Source: Candidatus Melainabacteria bacterium 17Bon1m (GTDB lineage: Bacteria > Cyanobacteriota > Vampirovibrionia > Obscuribacterales > Obscuribacteraceae). From it: a DNA stretch of 64,000 nt. How positions within the stretch are numbered: position 1 is the first letter of the stretch; each line of letters begins with the position of its first letter. A program made the translations under genes and the position numbers. Shown one piece after another: positions 1 to 9,249 of the stretch. The DNA lies in NCBI GenBank assembly GCA_032128875.1, contig JAVLKG010000005.1, forward strand, positions 288,001-352,000, written 5' to 3'. The notes below the pieces were generated by a model. That model ran no database searches. It was not told the origin of the DNA and saw nothing but the letters and a program-made list of their open reading frames with translations.

Positions 1-732
1 CAATCCTAAGATCAAGAATATTGCGGTAAAGGCTGTTTTCCACCGCCGCTGGACTAACTCTGCGATTATGAAAAGTGCGGCGATGTGCGGCTTTAGACCA
101 ATTAGTCCGAGTGCAAAACCTGAAAGAAGTGGACGATTTGTCTTGCGTGCATAGTAATAGAAGAAAAAGAAACCCAGCAAGAAGAAGCTGAACTGACCGA
201 TACGCAAACCATGTGCCGCCGGGACGCTGCCTAGCAAATAAAGTACGAATAAAGCAAGGCTAGATAATCTCCACCCTTTCAGTTTGCAAAGGACTGAGTA
301 TATCCCTGAAAGCGACAGTAGAACTCCCACGAGTGTGAAGACAGCGAATGCTAGTCCCAGCGGCAGCAATGCGAAAAGCTGAAACAATGGAATTATGTAG
401 GGCGTCGAAATAACATTGAAATTTCCCACTTCCATTTTGGGATGAACGAGGTCCGTAATTACGCGCATCTGGGTGGGCAGGTCATACACCAGATGTTTCA
501 AATCCGCCTGATTAGCCATTAAGCCACAGATGTAGAAGCGAGGAAAATCGGTTATCTGCGACTTCCCTGTAAAACCGGCATAAGTAAATAGGTTGTCGCC
601 AAGCGCAGAAAGAACAACGAGCCCGTACACGCAAATGTCCCACATGATGATGAGACACCATGCTCCGAAAACCGCTAATCGTTTGACTTTTTCAGTTTCT
701 GCCCAGCTGATCAGTGATTCAGAAACCTTCAT
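1..732 (-). CDS. GT87/DUF2029-like membrane glycosyltransferase (GT-C), 3' end runs off the window
   Basis: Not in ORF track; translated by hand. ATG at 732 overlaps the TGA of the upstream epimerase (ATGA). Reads MKVSESLISW...TDFPRFYICG...VYD...TPYIIPLFQLFALLP...IGQFSFF...GLKPH, the DF..Y, GQ and K-P pattern of GT87. Confidence 0.7.
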   Translation of the reverse strand, partial: MKVSESLISWAETEKVKRLAVFGAWCLIIMWDICVYGLVVLSALGDNLFTYAGFTGKSQITDFPRFYICGLMANQADLKHLVYDLPTQMRVITDLVHPKMEVGNFNVISTPYIIPLFQLFALLPLGLAFAVFTLVGVLLSLSGIYSVLCKLKGWRLSSLALFVLYLLGSVPAAHGLRIGQFSFFLLGFFFFYYYARKTNRPLLSGFALGLIGLKPHIAALFIIAELVQRRWKTAFTAIFLILGL

Positions 733-1700
733 TTCTGAGCTACCATCGCGCGGATCGAATGTCGGATAGCGTCTCCCGAAAGATATTTCGGTTGCCAGCC
801 AGTGGCGCGAATCTTGTCGGTATTGAGGCGAATGATTGGCACATCACCTTTCCAGCCTCTGTCGCCGCCGGCATAATTGAGCTTCACTACCGCGTCCTTG
901 CCGAGTACTTCTTCGATTGCGATAGCAGCAATTTCGCTGACGGTTATGTAGTCACCTGTGGCAACATTGAATGTGTCAAACCGAACCTGTGACTTTTCGT
1001 GCGCTGTCCAAACGGCTTTGACAATATCATCAATGTACACGTAAGACTTGCTTTGTGAGCCGTCTCCGAGGATGTCCAACTCTTTGGGATTTTCTCTCAA
1101 TTTGCGCACGAAATCGTAGCCGATGCCGTGAGTTTGCCTTGGCCCGACGACGTTTCCAAAGCGAAATGCAATTCCTGAGAAGTTGAACATATAGCTGTAT
1201 GCCGCAATCAGCCCTTCTCCAGCCAGTTTGCTCGCGCCATAGGTCGAGATAGGAATCATCGGCGCGTAGTTTTCTGCGGCTTCTGTCATACCGATATCGC
1301 CGTAAACACCACTGCCTGATGCGTACAGTATGCGTTTTGCCCCGCTCAATCGCATTGCTTCGACTACACATTGTGTGAGCGCGGTGCCTTGATCGAAATC
1401 GATTGTAGGTTCGCGAACAGCGCGCGCTATATCAGGGTTGGACGCTAAATGAATAACAGTTTGGTGACCCTTCATTTGCTCGGCCAGCGCATCGAGATTT
1501 TCTATTTTGCCTTCGTAGACATTGATCTTGCCGCTATCTAAATGCGGCTTCAGATGCTCGATATGCCAGCGCTGTCCTGATGAAAAATTATCGTATATCG
1601 TCACCCTTTCTATAGAGGGTGTTTCAACCAGCATGCTGGTGAAATGACTGCCGATAAAACCGGCACCGCCTGCTATGAAAACGCTCTCCTTGTCAGGCAT
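729..1700 (-). CDS. NAD-dependent epimerase/dehydratase (extended SDR, GalE-like)
   Basis: GGAGFIG Rossmann motif, YGASK catalytic motif, RFGNVVGP. Start placed at ATG 1700 (track extends to 1709). Confidence 0.9.
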   Translation of the reverse strand: MPDKESVFIAGGAGFIGSHFTSMLVETPSIERVTIYDNFSSGQRWHIEHLKPHLDSGKINVYEGKIENLDALAEQMKGHQTVIHLASNPDIARAVREPTIDFDQGTALTQCVVEAMRLSGAKRILYASGSGVYGDIGMTEAAENYAPMIPISTYGASKLAGEGLIAAYSYMFNFSGIAFRFGNVVGPRQTHGIGYDFVRKLRENPKELDILGDGSQSKSYVYIDDIVKAVWTAHEKSQVRFDTFNVATGDYITVSEIAAIAIEEVLGKDAVVKLNYAGGDRGWKGDVPIIRLNTDKIRATGWQPKYLSGDAIRHSIRAMVAQK

Positions 1701-2991
1701 TGTTTCCAACCCCTTCGCGGACTCTCGCCGCCACTGTTTTGGCAGAGCGGATTACCGCATCTGAATTCAAATAGTTGAATTCTGCAAAGCGACCGCACAA
1801 TTCGATCTTTTGTTCGGCGCAGAATGCATTTACGATCTCCAAGTTTTTTTCTCTGTGCAAATCGTAAATCGGATAGGCGTATTTCACCCGCTTCACCGCA
1901 GTGGTGACCACTTCGTTTTTCTGGATCAAGCCTTCTCTTGTCAGATCATCAATCACTCGCTGAGCCACCTGCTCGTCCGTCATGGAGAACGTCTGGTCAT
2001 TTTCTTTTCCTGTGATTTCTACTACCATCGAAGAGCATCCTTCAGGTGCATAGTTGCTTCCGAAATAGTCAAAGAATACGAGCCTGTGAAAAATAATTTC
2101 CTTTTCTGGAAAGAAGCAAGTGACCATATCCTCTCTGCGAGGGCGATTCAGTCCTACCATCACAACAATCAATGAATTGTATTGCAGCGCGGAGACTGCC
2201 TTGGCGACCTCTGTTGGAACATCTTCCAGCGAAGCTACGAGATCGTAAATCGGCATTGCGCAAATCAGTTTTTCATACTCGCGTTCGTCTTTATCGCTTA
2301 TGACACGCCATGTTTGCTTGTCTTTCAAAACTTTTTTGACGGGAAACTCAGTGGTAATTTGACCAGGGAGATGCTCGGCCAGAGTCTTGGGAAGCGTTTC
2401 AAAACCGCCTGTCTTAGGATAGTGAAAATAGAGCTGATGAACATAGCCTTCAGTCTCGATTCCTAAGGCAGATTTGACAAGGTCCTCTACGGGCGGCTTG
2501 GGCACTCGCTCTACCCACTGAACCCCCATCTCCGTAAGAGGCGTTTTCCAGATTTTCTGGTTGTAGGGAATCAAATATTTTTCTGCCAGGCCTTTACCGA
2601 AAGTGTTATAGATCCAGTCTTCGAAGTTGTTTTGGGGTCTGGGCGGATTGTTGACAAAGCCGACAAGAATTTCGTAAATGTCCTCTTTGTCCAGCACGGA
2701 GAGCCCGTTTTCAAATGGATATTTAACGAACCGATTTTTGTAATAGCAATTTGCTTTTCGAAAAAGCTTATTGGTTTTTCCCTCGAGCAATTCCAGTTCG
2801 AAGTCCAAAATCTCAGTGTCTCGCGAAAAAATAATATGTCCACCTAAGTCGAAGGTGAATCCATCTTTTTCATAGCTCTTGCAGAGCCCGCCAACGGATG
2901 CGCTTCTCTCGAGGATCTCGCAATCTTTTCCGATAAAATATCCGAGGCTAAGCCCCGCTACACCACCGCCCAAGATGCCGATTTCTTTCAA
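1693..2991 (-). CDS. FAD-dependent oxidoreductase, HemY-like / UDP-galactopyranose-mutase-like
   Basis: GGGVAGL dinucleotide motif, FDLGGH, PYNQKIW, C-terminal GRFAEFNY; sugar-operon context. Confidence 0.75.
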   Translation of the reverse strand: MKEIGILGGGVAGLSLGYFIGKDCEILERSASVGGLCKSYEKDGFTFDLGGHIIFSRDTEILDFELELLEGKTNKLFRKANCYYKNRFVKYPFENGLSVLDKEDIYEILVGFVNNPPRPQNNFEDWIYNTFGKGLAEKYLIPYNQKIWKTPLTEMGVQWVERVPKPPVEDLVKSALGIETEGYVHQLYFHYPKTGGFETLPKTLAEHLPGQITTEFPVKKVLKDKQTWRVISDKDEREYEKLICAMPIYDLVASLEDVPTEVAKAVSALQYNSLIVVMVGLNRPRREDMVTCFFPEKEIIFHRLVFFDYFGSNYAPEGCSSMVVEITGKENDQTFSMTDEQVAQRVIDDLTREGLIQKNEVVTTAVKRVKYAYPIYDLHREKNLEIVNAFCAEQKIELCGRFAEFNYLNSDAVIRSAKTVAARVREGVGNNA

Positions 2992-3002
2992 GACTTTCTC
3001 CG

Positions 3003-3983
3003 CTAAGAAACCATGAGTTTTGTGCCTGAAAAGTCGAGTTTAAACCGCAGTTCTTCGACATTTACATTGTGCATCGCTTGACGCAGACGAAGTTTGTCTT
3101 CGCTGTAAAACATCAAAAATCCGCCACCGCCTGCGCCAATGAGTTTGCCTCCAACGGCGCCATTGTCCATAGCAAGTTTGTATAGCTCATTGATTCTTTC
3201 GTTCGAAATTCCTTTCGAGCGCTTTTGCTTGTGTTGCCAGTGCTCGTGCATCAACTCGCCAAACCCGCGTAAATCGCCGCCTTCGAGCGCGTTTTTTATC
3301 CTGAAGCCTAATTCTTTGGTGAAATGCAAATTGTCCAAAATATCTGATTCTGATTTGTTGGTTCTGTCATCTTGATCTTTCAAAACTTCAGATGCAGAGC
3401 GGGAATAGCCAGTGAAGAAAATGGCGAGATTATCTTCCAGGGAATACAAAGTCTCTTTGGAAATTTTTGCCGGTTTTGCTTCTACCGTTCCATTCGTGGT
3501 GACGTCAAAGCAAGTGACACCGCCGTATGCGGCGATGAATGGATCTTGCTTGCCTACCGGCTCTTTCAAATGCTCAATTTCAATTTTGCAAGCCTTTTCT
3601 GCCAGGTCATGCGGACTAAGCCAGTAGTTTCGTTTGTGCGCATACAGTGCTTTCAGCAGTGCTGTTGTGAAACTGCCTGAGGAGCCTAGCCCTGTACCGG
3701 CGGGGATGTCCGCCATGCTGCATATTTCAATGTTTGGTCCAATCTCCAATTGTTCAAGAGCCGTTCGCACAATTGGATGTCGAATTTCCGTGACTTTCTT
3801 TGCGCGCTCCAGCTGAGAATACTTGATGACATATTCGTCGTTCCATGATTGATGGACCATGACGTACATGTACTTGTCAATCGCAGCTGAAAGGAAGAAT
3901 CCGGAGAATCGGCTGTAGTATGAGGGCAGGTCCGTGCCACCTCCGCCCAAAGATATTCGCATTGGACTTCTTGCGATGATCAT
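3003..3983 (-). CDS. hddA: GHMP kinase, D-glycero-alpha-D-manno-heptose-7-phosphate kinase-like
   Basis: PMRISLGGGGTD, PAGTGLGSSG, GKQD, GGKLIGAGGGGF. Confidence 0.85.
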   Translation of the reverse strand: MIIARSPMRISLGGGGTDLPSYYSRFSGFFLSAAIDKYMYVMVHQSWNDEYVIKYSQLERAKKVTEIRHPIVRTALEQLEIGPNIEICSMADIPAGTGLGSSGSFTTALLKALYAHKRNYWLSPHDLAEKACKIEIEHLKEPVGKQDPFIAAYGGVTCFDVTTNGTVEAKPAKISKETLYSLEDNLAIFFTGYSRSASEVLKDQDDRTNKSESDILDNLHFTKELGFRIKNALEGGDLRGFGELMHEHWQHKQKRSKGISNERINELYKLAMDNGAVGGKLIGAGGGGFLMFYSEDKLRLRQAMHNVNVEELRFKLDFSGTKLMVS

Positions 3984-4001
3984 TTGCTGTTCAACTCGCT
4001 C

Positions 4002-4607
4002 CTAAGCTTTCAGTGTTTCCGATTCCCATTTCGCTGCATTTACCTGCAGGAGCGGATGCGACACGAGAAGGTGCCACATTACAGCCTGAAAACCTTCGGT
4101 AAGAGGTGTCACCAGGTTTGATTCGACAGGCGGAATAATAATTGCGGCATCAGCCTCTTTTGCGGTGTAACCGCCGTCCTTGCCTACAATTCCGACTATC
4201 GTTGCACCTTTTTCTTTTGCATAAGCGACGGCATTGACAAGATTGGCGCTGATATTTCGCTCTGTGCTGCCACCACCGACGGAGAATACCAAAAGACCAT
4301 CTCGACTGCTTAAGCGACTTACTTTGAGCCAGTTGCTGAGAGTGGTGTCCCACCCTTCATCGTTGACGCGTGCAGTCAGTTCTGAAACGTTATCGTACGG
4401 TGCATACGTTTCGATATTGCAAATCTTTCGAAAATCGCAAGTGGCATGAGAAGCATGGCCAGCGCCGCCGCCGGATCCGATAATGAAAAGTCGCCCTTCT
4501 CGGTCTCGTACTTTGGCTAGATGCTCTGCAGCGCTTTCCAGCGCATCTGCGTCTATCGTCTCTATCACTTTGGCGCAATGCGCCAGGAAGTCACGAGAAA
4601 AGCTCAT
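4002..4607 (-). CDS. gmhA: SIS-domain phosphoheptose isomerase-like protein
   Basis: LFIIGSGGGAGHASH, TARVND, SVGGGS..N; adjacent to hddA. Start at ATG 4607. Confidence 0.75.
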   Translation of the reverse strand: MSFSRDFLAHCAKVIETIDADALESAAEHLAKVRDREGRLFIIGSGGGAGHASHATCDFRKICNIETYAPYDNVSELTARVNDEGWDTTLSNWLKVSRLSSRDGLLVFSVGGGSTERNISANLVNAVAYAKEKGATIVGIVGKDGGYTAKEADAAIIIPPVESNLVTPLTEGFQAVMWHLLVSHPLLQVNAAKWESETLKA

Positions 4608-4772
4608 TTGACGTCTCCTGCCTACCAATACTGCTATTCCCCCTAGAGTACTAACAAAACGATATCAGCAGAGCCTCGAAAGAGGCTCTTTTCAAATAAG
4701 GTACCTTGCTTCGAGCTGATATTATTGCTTGAGACGATATTCCGCGCAGAATTGCGTTCCCACGGTTTAGGG

Positions 4773-5987
4773 ATGACAGAAGGCTCTTCAGGTTCAAATT
4801 TAAAGGCAATGGACGGGCATTCACCTGTTTTGTCCGTGGTCATGCCTTGCTTGAATGAAGAAGGCGCCCTGGCGATTTGTATCGAGAAAATCAACAAGGC
4901 TTTTACTGAAAACAACATCGACGGCGAAATTGTACTTGCCGATAATGGTTCGACAGATAGATCTGTAGAAATTGCTGAAAGCATGGGTGTGCGAGTCGTT
5001 CACCAGCCTAAAAGGGGCTATGGCAACGCTTATCAAAAGGGCTTCGCAGCCGCCAGGGGAAGCTATTTCATCATGGCTGATGCAGATGATACCTACGATT
5101 TTGCACTAATTCCGAAGTTCTTGGAAAAGTTACTGGAAGGATACGATTTCGTCACTGGCAGTCGATATCTCGAAAATGGCGGCACAAACATAACCTGGCT
5201 GCACCGCTATGTCGGTAACCCGCTCCTCACTCTCGGTCTGAATACGCTTTTCGGAACGCCATACACTGATGTGTATTGTGGCTATAGAGCCTTTTCTAGG
5301 GAAGCTTACGAGAAGGTTCGCCCCGTCAGCCCGGGTATGGAATTCAACTTAGAACTCGCTATCAATGCTCACCTTGTAGGTCTTAAATACTGCGAGATAC
5401 CGATTGCTCTGGCCCCGCGCATCGGCGAGTCGAAGTTGAACACTTTCAGAGACGGCTGGCGCAGTCTCAGAATGATGATTCTCTACTGCCCGAACAAAGT
5501 ATTCATCATTCCAGGTGTCACGCTTTTCATTGCGGGCATGATCGTCTACACAATTGTTTTGTTCAGTCTGGTGCGCTTCGAGGGACGCTCCCTGGGACAA
5601 GTAACCAGTATTGTAGGCACCGTGCTTAGTGTCGTTGGAGTGCAAACGCTGCTGCTCGGGTTGCACGCAAAGACGTATTCCTGGAGCCGAAGATTCGACC
5701 CAAACCAAAAGTTTCTCTCTAAGTTTTACAGCATCTTCAATTTAGAATCTGGCTTGTTGCTTGGCTCAACGATGGCTCTAACAGGTTTGATCGTCTTTGC
5801 CGTGATTACATACAACTGGTTCAAATCCGGCTTTCTTCCTGTTCCACGTCCCGAATTTGCTTCATTGGCAGGAACAATGATAATCATCGGGCTGAGTGTT
5901 ATTTTCTCGTCGATTTTTATCAGTGCAATGTCAGTCACTAAGGGCAATGATTCCGCAGCTCCAGTGCGGGACGACAACGCTGATTAG
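4773..5987 (+). CDS. GT2 polyprenol-phosphate glycosyltransferase (DPM1-like) with C-terminal TM helices
   Basis: VVMPCLNEE, DNGSTD, RGYG, DAD motif, VTGSR; hydrophobic C-terminus. Start uncertain (4725/4773/4809). Confidence 0.85.
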   Translation: MTEGSSGSNLKAMDGHSPVLSVVMPCLNEEGALAICIEKINKAFTENNIDGEIVLADNGSTDRSVEIAESMGVRVVHQPKRGYGNAYQKGFAAARGSYFIMADADDTYDFALIPKFLEKLLEGYDFVTGSRYLENGGTNITWLHRYVGNPLLTLGLNTLFGTPYTDVYCGYRAFSREAYEKVRPVSPGMEFNLELAINAHLVGLKYCEIPIALAPRIGESKLNTFRDGWRSLRMMILYCPNKVFIIPGVTLFIAGMIVYTIVLFSLVRFEGRSLGQVTSIVGTVLSVVGVQTLLLGLHAKTYSWSRRFDPNQKFLSKFYSIFNLESGLLLGSTMALTGLIVFAVITYNWFKSGFLPVPRPEFASLAGTMIIIGLSVIFSSIFISAMSVTKGNDSAAPVRDDNAD

Positions 5988-6031
5988 TTGAGTCATTAAG
6001 CGCAAATTGAAACCCGGGATCGCAAGGTTGG

Positions 6032-6415
6032 CTAGATGGCTGAGCGATGGAGGCTGGAAAAATTCGGATGTTTGGGATTGTAGAGAACTCGTAAGTGCAT
6101 GCCCTTTGCATAGAGATTGCACGCATAATTCATAGCGTCGGTGCGGTAATCGAACGACCTCAGATTTGCCTGCCCCTCATGCGATACGTGGTCTACCAGA
6201 TAGACATAATGTACAACCGGCGTGTATTCGTACCGGCGGCTATATCTGCTGCTGCGATATGACGACTCTTGGATGTCCACACTGGTGACTTTTCCTGTCA
6301 CTTCCGGCCAATTCTTGCTGCTAAATTGGGCAAAAATCGCGTAACCGCCAAAGCCAATGACGCCGAGAAGAAATAGACCTTTGAAGCTAGGTACTCCCGT
6401 GTATGGTCTGCTCAT
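6032..6415 (-). CDS. DUF3592-like membrane protein
   Basis: One TM then WPEVTGKV...Y.Y.V...VLYNPKHP pattern. Start at ATG 6415. Confidence 0.65.
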   Translation of the reverse strand: MSRPYTGVPSFKGLFLLGVIGFGGYAIFAQFSSKNWPEVTGKVTSVDIQESSYRSSRYSRRYEYTPVVHYVYLVDHVSHEGQANLRSFDYRTDAMNYACNLYAKGMHLRVLYNPKHPNFSSLHRSAI

Positions 6416-6719
6416 TTTTTTCACCGTTAAAAACTTGAGGGCTGGCTTTCGCAACGCTGTAGGGCTTTTGAAAGACTTTCGGTTTCGAAAGTGTTCCCAT
6501 TCTAGAGGTTTCTTCTTGGCAACCCAAAGAACTTAAACATGTCCTCAACATCCGCTTTTCCGGAAGATTAATTGCAATATTGCGCAGCCTGCTAGATTTT
6601 GCCGTTTATTCAGTCGCTGTGAGGTTTCCCGGCTGTTTTCGGCGGGAACGAACATAAAGCAGCCTTACTAATAGTCTTACTAAATTCAGATTCCGATTCC
6701 AAAACTAAATCAGGCGTAA

Positions 6720-8141
6720 ATGCTTTTCAATTCCGTCGAGTTTTTACTGTTTTTTCCGATAGTAACTGCTCTGTATTTCATTCTCCCGAACCGCTGGCGT
6801 TGGCTGCTGCTCTTTCTTGCCAGTTGTTTGTTCTACATGGCGTGGATACCAATCTATGTCACTATTCTCTTTCTGATAATAATCGTCGACTATGTAGCCG
6901 CGCGCAAGATTGAAGGAGCGACCGGCAGCAAGCGGAAGCTATTCCTGCTTGTGAGCGTTATCGCCAACGTTTCGCTTCTTGCGATTTTCAAATACTACGA
7001 TTTCCTCTGCCAAAACTTCACTGAGATTTTGCAACTCTTGCACATCTCTTGGAAGTTTCCAGCGTTGAATTTGATTTTGCCGATCGGACTTTCTTTCCAT
7101 ACCTTTCAGGCGCTCGCGTACACCATCGAGGTCTATCGCGGCAATCAGCCGGCTGAGCGTCACCTGGGCATCTACGCGCTGTACGTGATGTTCTATCCTC
7201 AGCTCGTCGCCGGACCAATCGAGCGCCCGCAAAATCTAATTCACCAGTTCAAAGAAGACCATCGATTCGTGCCTGAAAACGTCGTCAGTGGCTTACGGCT
7301 GATGCTCTGGGGCTTCTTCAAAAAAGTTGTAATCGCCGACAGGTTGGCAATGCTCGTCAATCAGGTCTACAACCAGCCCCACGAGTACAGTGGTTTACCG
7401 CTCTTGATAGCGACTTATTGTTTTGCTTATCAAATTTACTGTGATTTTTCCGGCTACAGTGATATCGCAATTGGTGCCGCAAGAGTGATGGGCATCAATC
7501 TCATGAAGAACTTCAATTCGCCCTATGCAGCCTCGAATATTCAGGATTTCTGGCATCGCTGGCACATCTCACTGTCTACGTGGTTTCGCGATTATCTCTA
7601 CATTCCTTTGGGCGGCAGTAAGTGCGGTGAATTCTTTCGGCTGAGAAATATCATCATCGTGTTTTTTGTAAGCGGACTGTGGCACGGCGCTAACTGGACA
7701 TTTGCAGAGTGGGGATTGTTGCACGGTCTTTTTATCGTTGCCTATATCTACTGGAAGCGATTATCCATCCCCAAACTCTTGCCTGCCGCTTTGCATCAAT
7801 TCATCAGCTTGTTTATCACATTCAATGCAGTTTGCTTTGCGTGGATATTCTTCCGAGCCAACTCAATCGCCGATGCCCACTGGATTGTGCAGCATCTCTT
7901 CCCGCTGAATAACGCGGACAAGCTCGGCAATCTTGGTCTGACGGGAGGCGAAATACTCGTCTCGATCGTGGCGATTTTTATTCTTGAACTGGTTCAATTC
8001 CTTGAGCGAAATAAAGGTGGAGTGGCGTTCTTTGAAAAACAAAAACTCACGACTCGCTGGATTTGTTACTACACTCTTTTCTTCATTATCATTGTTCTTG
8101 GTGAGTTTGGTGGCGCAAGGTTTATCTATTTCCAATTCTAG
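6720..8141 (+). CDS. MBOAT family O-acyltransferase, AlgI/PatA/DltB-like
   Basis: MLFNS start, LPIGLSFHTFQ, YCDFSGYSDIAIG, FWHRWHISLSTWFRDYLYIPLGG, SGLWHGA, terminal FIYFQF. Confidence 0.95.
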   Translation: MLFNSVEFLLFFPIVTALYFILPNRWRWLLLFLASCLFYMAWIPIYVTILFLIIIVDYVAARKIEGATGSKRKLFLLVSVIANVSLLAIFKYYDFLCQNFTEILQLLHISWKFPALNLILPIGLSFHTFQALAYTIEVYRGNQPAERHLGIYALYVMFYPQLVAGPIERPQNLIHQFKEDHRFVPENVVSGLRLMLWGFFKKVVIADRLAMLVNQVYNQPHEYSGLPLLIATYCFAYQIYCDFSGYSDIAIGAARVMGINLMKNFNSPYAASNIQDFWHRWHISLSTWFRDYLYIPLGGSKCGEFFRLRNIIIVFFVSGLWHGANWTFAEWGLLHGLFIVAYIYWKRLSIPKLLPAALHQFISLFITFNAVCFAWIFFRANSIADAHWIVQHLFPLNNADKLGNLGLTGGEILVSIVAIFILELVQFLERNKGGVAFFEKQKLTTRWICYYTLFFIIIVLGEFGGARFIYFQF

Positions 8142-8150
8142 ATTTCGAGC

Positions 8151-9179
8151 ATGAAACAGTTTTTCAAACAAGCATTGATATTTATTTCGATCATCCTTAT
8201 TCCGATGTTGGGTGTGGAAATTTCCTTGCAAAGTTTGAGGCAGTATCAGTGGTTTAACGGATATTCAAGGCTATACAAAGACGCCAGAGTGGACACGATT
8301 TTTCTTGGTAATTCGATCATCAATGCGGCAGTTCGTGAGAAGGAATTTGCAAAGCAAGTCAGCCAGCCAGGAAAACCAGAGAGGTCTGCGCTCAATCTCG
8401 GGCAGGGCTATACAACGCCCGTGGAATACTTGTTTGGGCTTCAGCGCATGGTTGAAGTCAACCCGCACGTTTTCGAGGGCGCTACTATTTTTCTGCCTGC
8501 CACAGGCGGCTTGCCGGATATCCGCACATGGCAAGACAACTGGATGAATTGGCACCAGCCCGCACTACTGGCTGATTACATTAGTTATCCATATCTATGG
8601 CAATATTGTCTGAAGCCTAATGTTTCCCTCTCTGAAAAGGTTCTGCTCGTTTGCAGCAAGCACAGCGAGCTGATTGCGCAAGGCGGACTACTGCGCGTCG
8701 GCACGATGTACAGCCTGGATGAAGCTGCCGAATGGCTGACGCACGGTGGCAAAATCGCCAAGAAAGGCGTGTTGATTGTCCAGGAAGGCGGAATCAGAAC
8801 CGACGAAGCGGCTGTCGCTAACTTCCAGGCTATGGCTCGCCGTCAGGCGGCAGCCGACCTGGTTAACCAAAAACCAGTCGACTGGGACAAGATAGTTCTC
8901 AAAGAAATAGTCGAGTATATTCAGCGACATGGCGGAAAAGTCTGCTTCTGCTACATTCCAGTGGGATCTGTAATGAGTAAGCCACTTTCCACAGATATTC
9001 GAAAGCAGGACATCAAAGATTTCGAGGACGTGGCTAAGAAGTGGGGTTGCAAGTATTACCATCCAGATTTCCAACCAGAAGGCGACGAAGATTTTCCAGA
9101 CATGATGCACTTGAGCGAACCGAAATCGCATCTTTATACTAAAGCGCTTTCGGAAGCTTATCTTCGAGATCCGCCCTAG
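8151..9179 (+). CDS. Membrane-anchored SGNH-like partner of the MBOAT (AlgJ/DltD-like)
   Basis: N-terminal TM, IFLGNS block I, C-terminal DMMH (DxxH); 9 nt downstream of the MBOAT. Confidence 0.6.
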   Translation: MKQFFKQALIFISIILIPMLGVEISLQSLRQYQWFNGYSRLYKDARVDTIFLGNSIINAAVREKEFAKQVSQPGKPERSALNLGQGYTTPVEYLFGLQRMVEVNPHVFEGATIFLPATGGLPDIRTWQDNWMNWHQPALLADYISYPYLWQYCLKPNVSLSEKVLLVCSKHSELIAQGGLLRVGTMYSLDEAAEWLTHGGKIAKKGVLIVQEGGIRTDEAAVANFQAMARRQAAADLVNQKPVDWDKIVLKEIVEYIQRHGGKVCFCYIPVGSVMSKPLSTDIRKQDIKDFEDVAKKWGCKYYHPDFQPEGDEDFPDMMHLSEPKSHLYTKALSEAYLRDPP

Positions 9180-9190
9180 AAGTAGATTCG

Positions 9191-9229
9191 GCCGGAGCGC
9201 TGGCTTCCAGCCGGCACTTTTGCTTTTTT
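9191..9229 (+). terminator. Probable intrinsic terminator between convergent genes
   Basis: GC-rich imperfect hairpin gccg..gctgg-ctt-ccagc-cggc followed by T-rich tract. Confidence 0.5.
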
Positions 9230-9249
9230 GTTCTGGTATTTCTTTTTCT

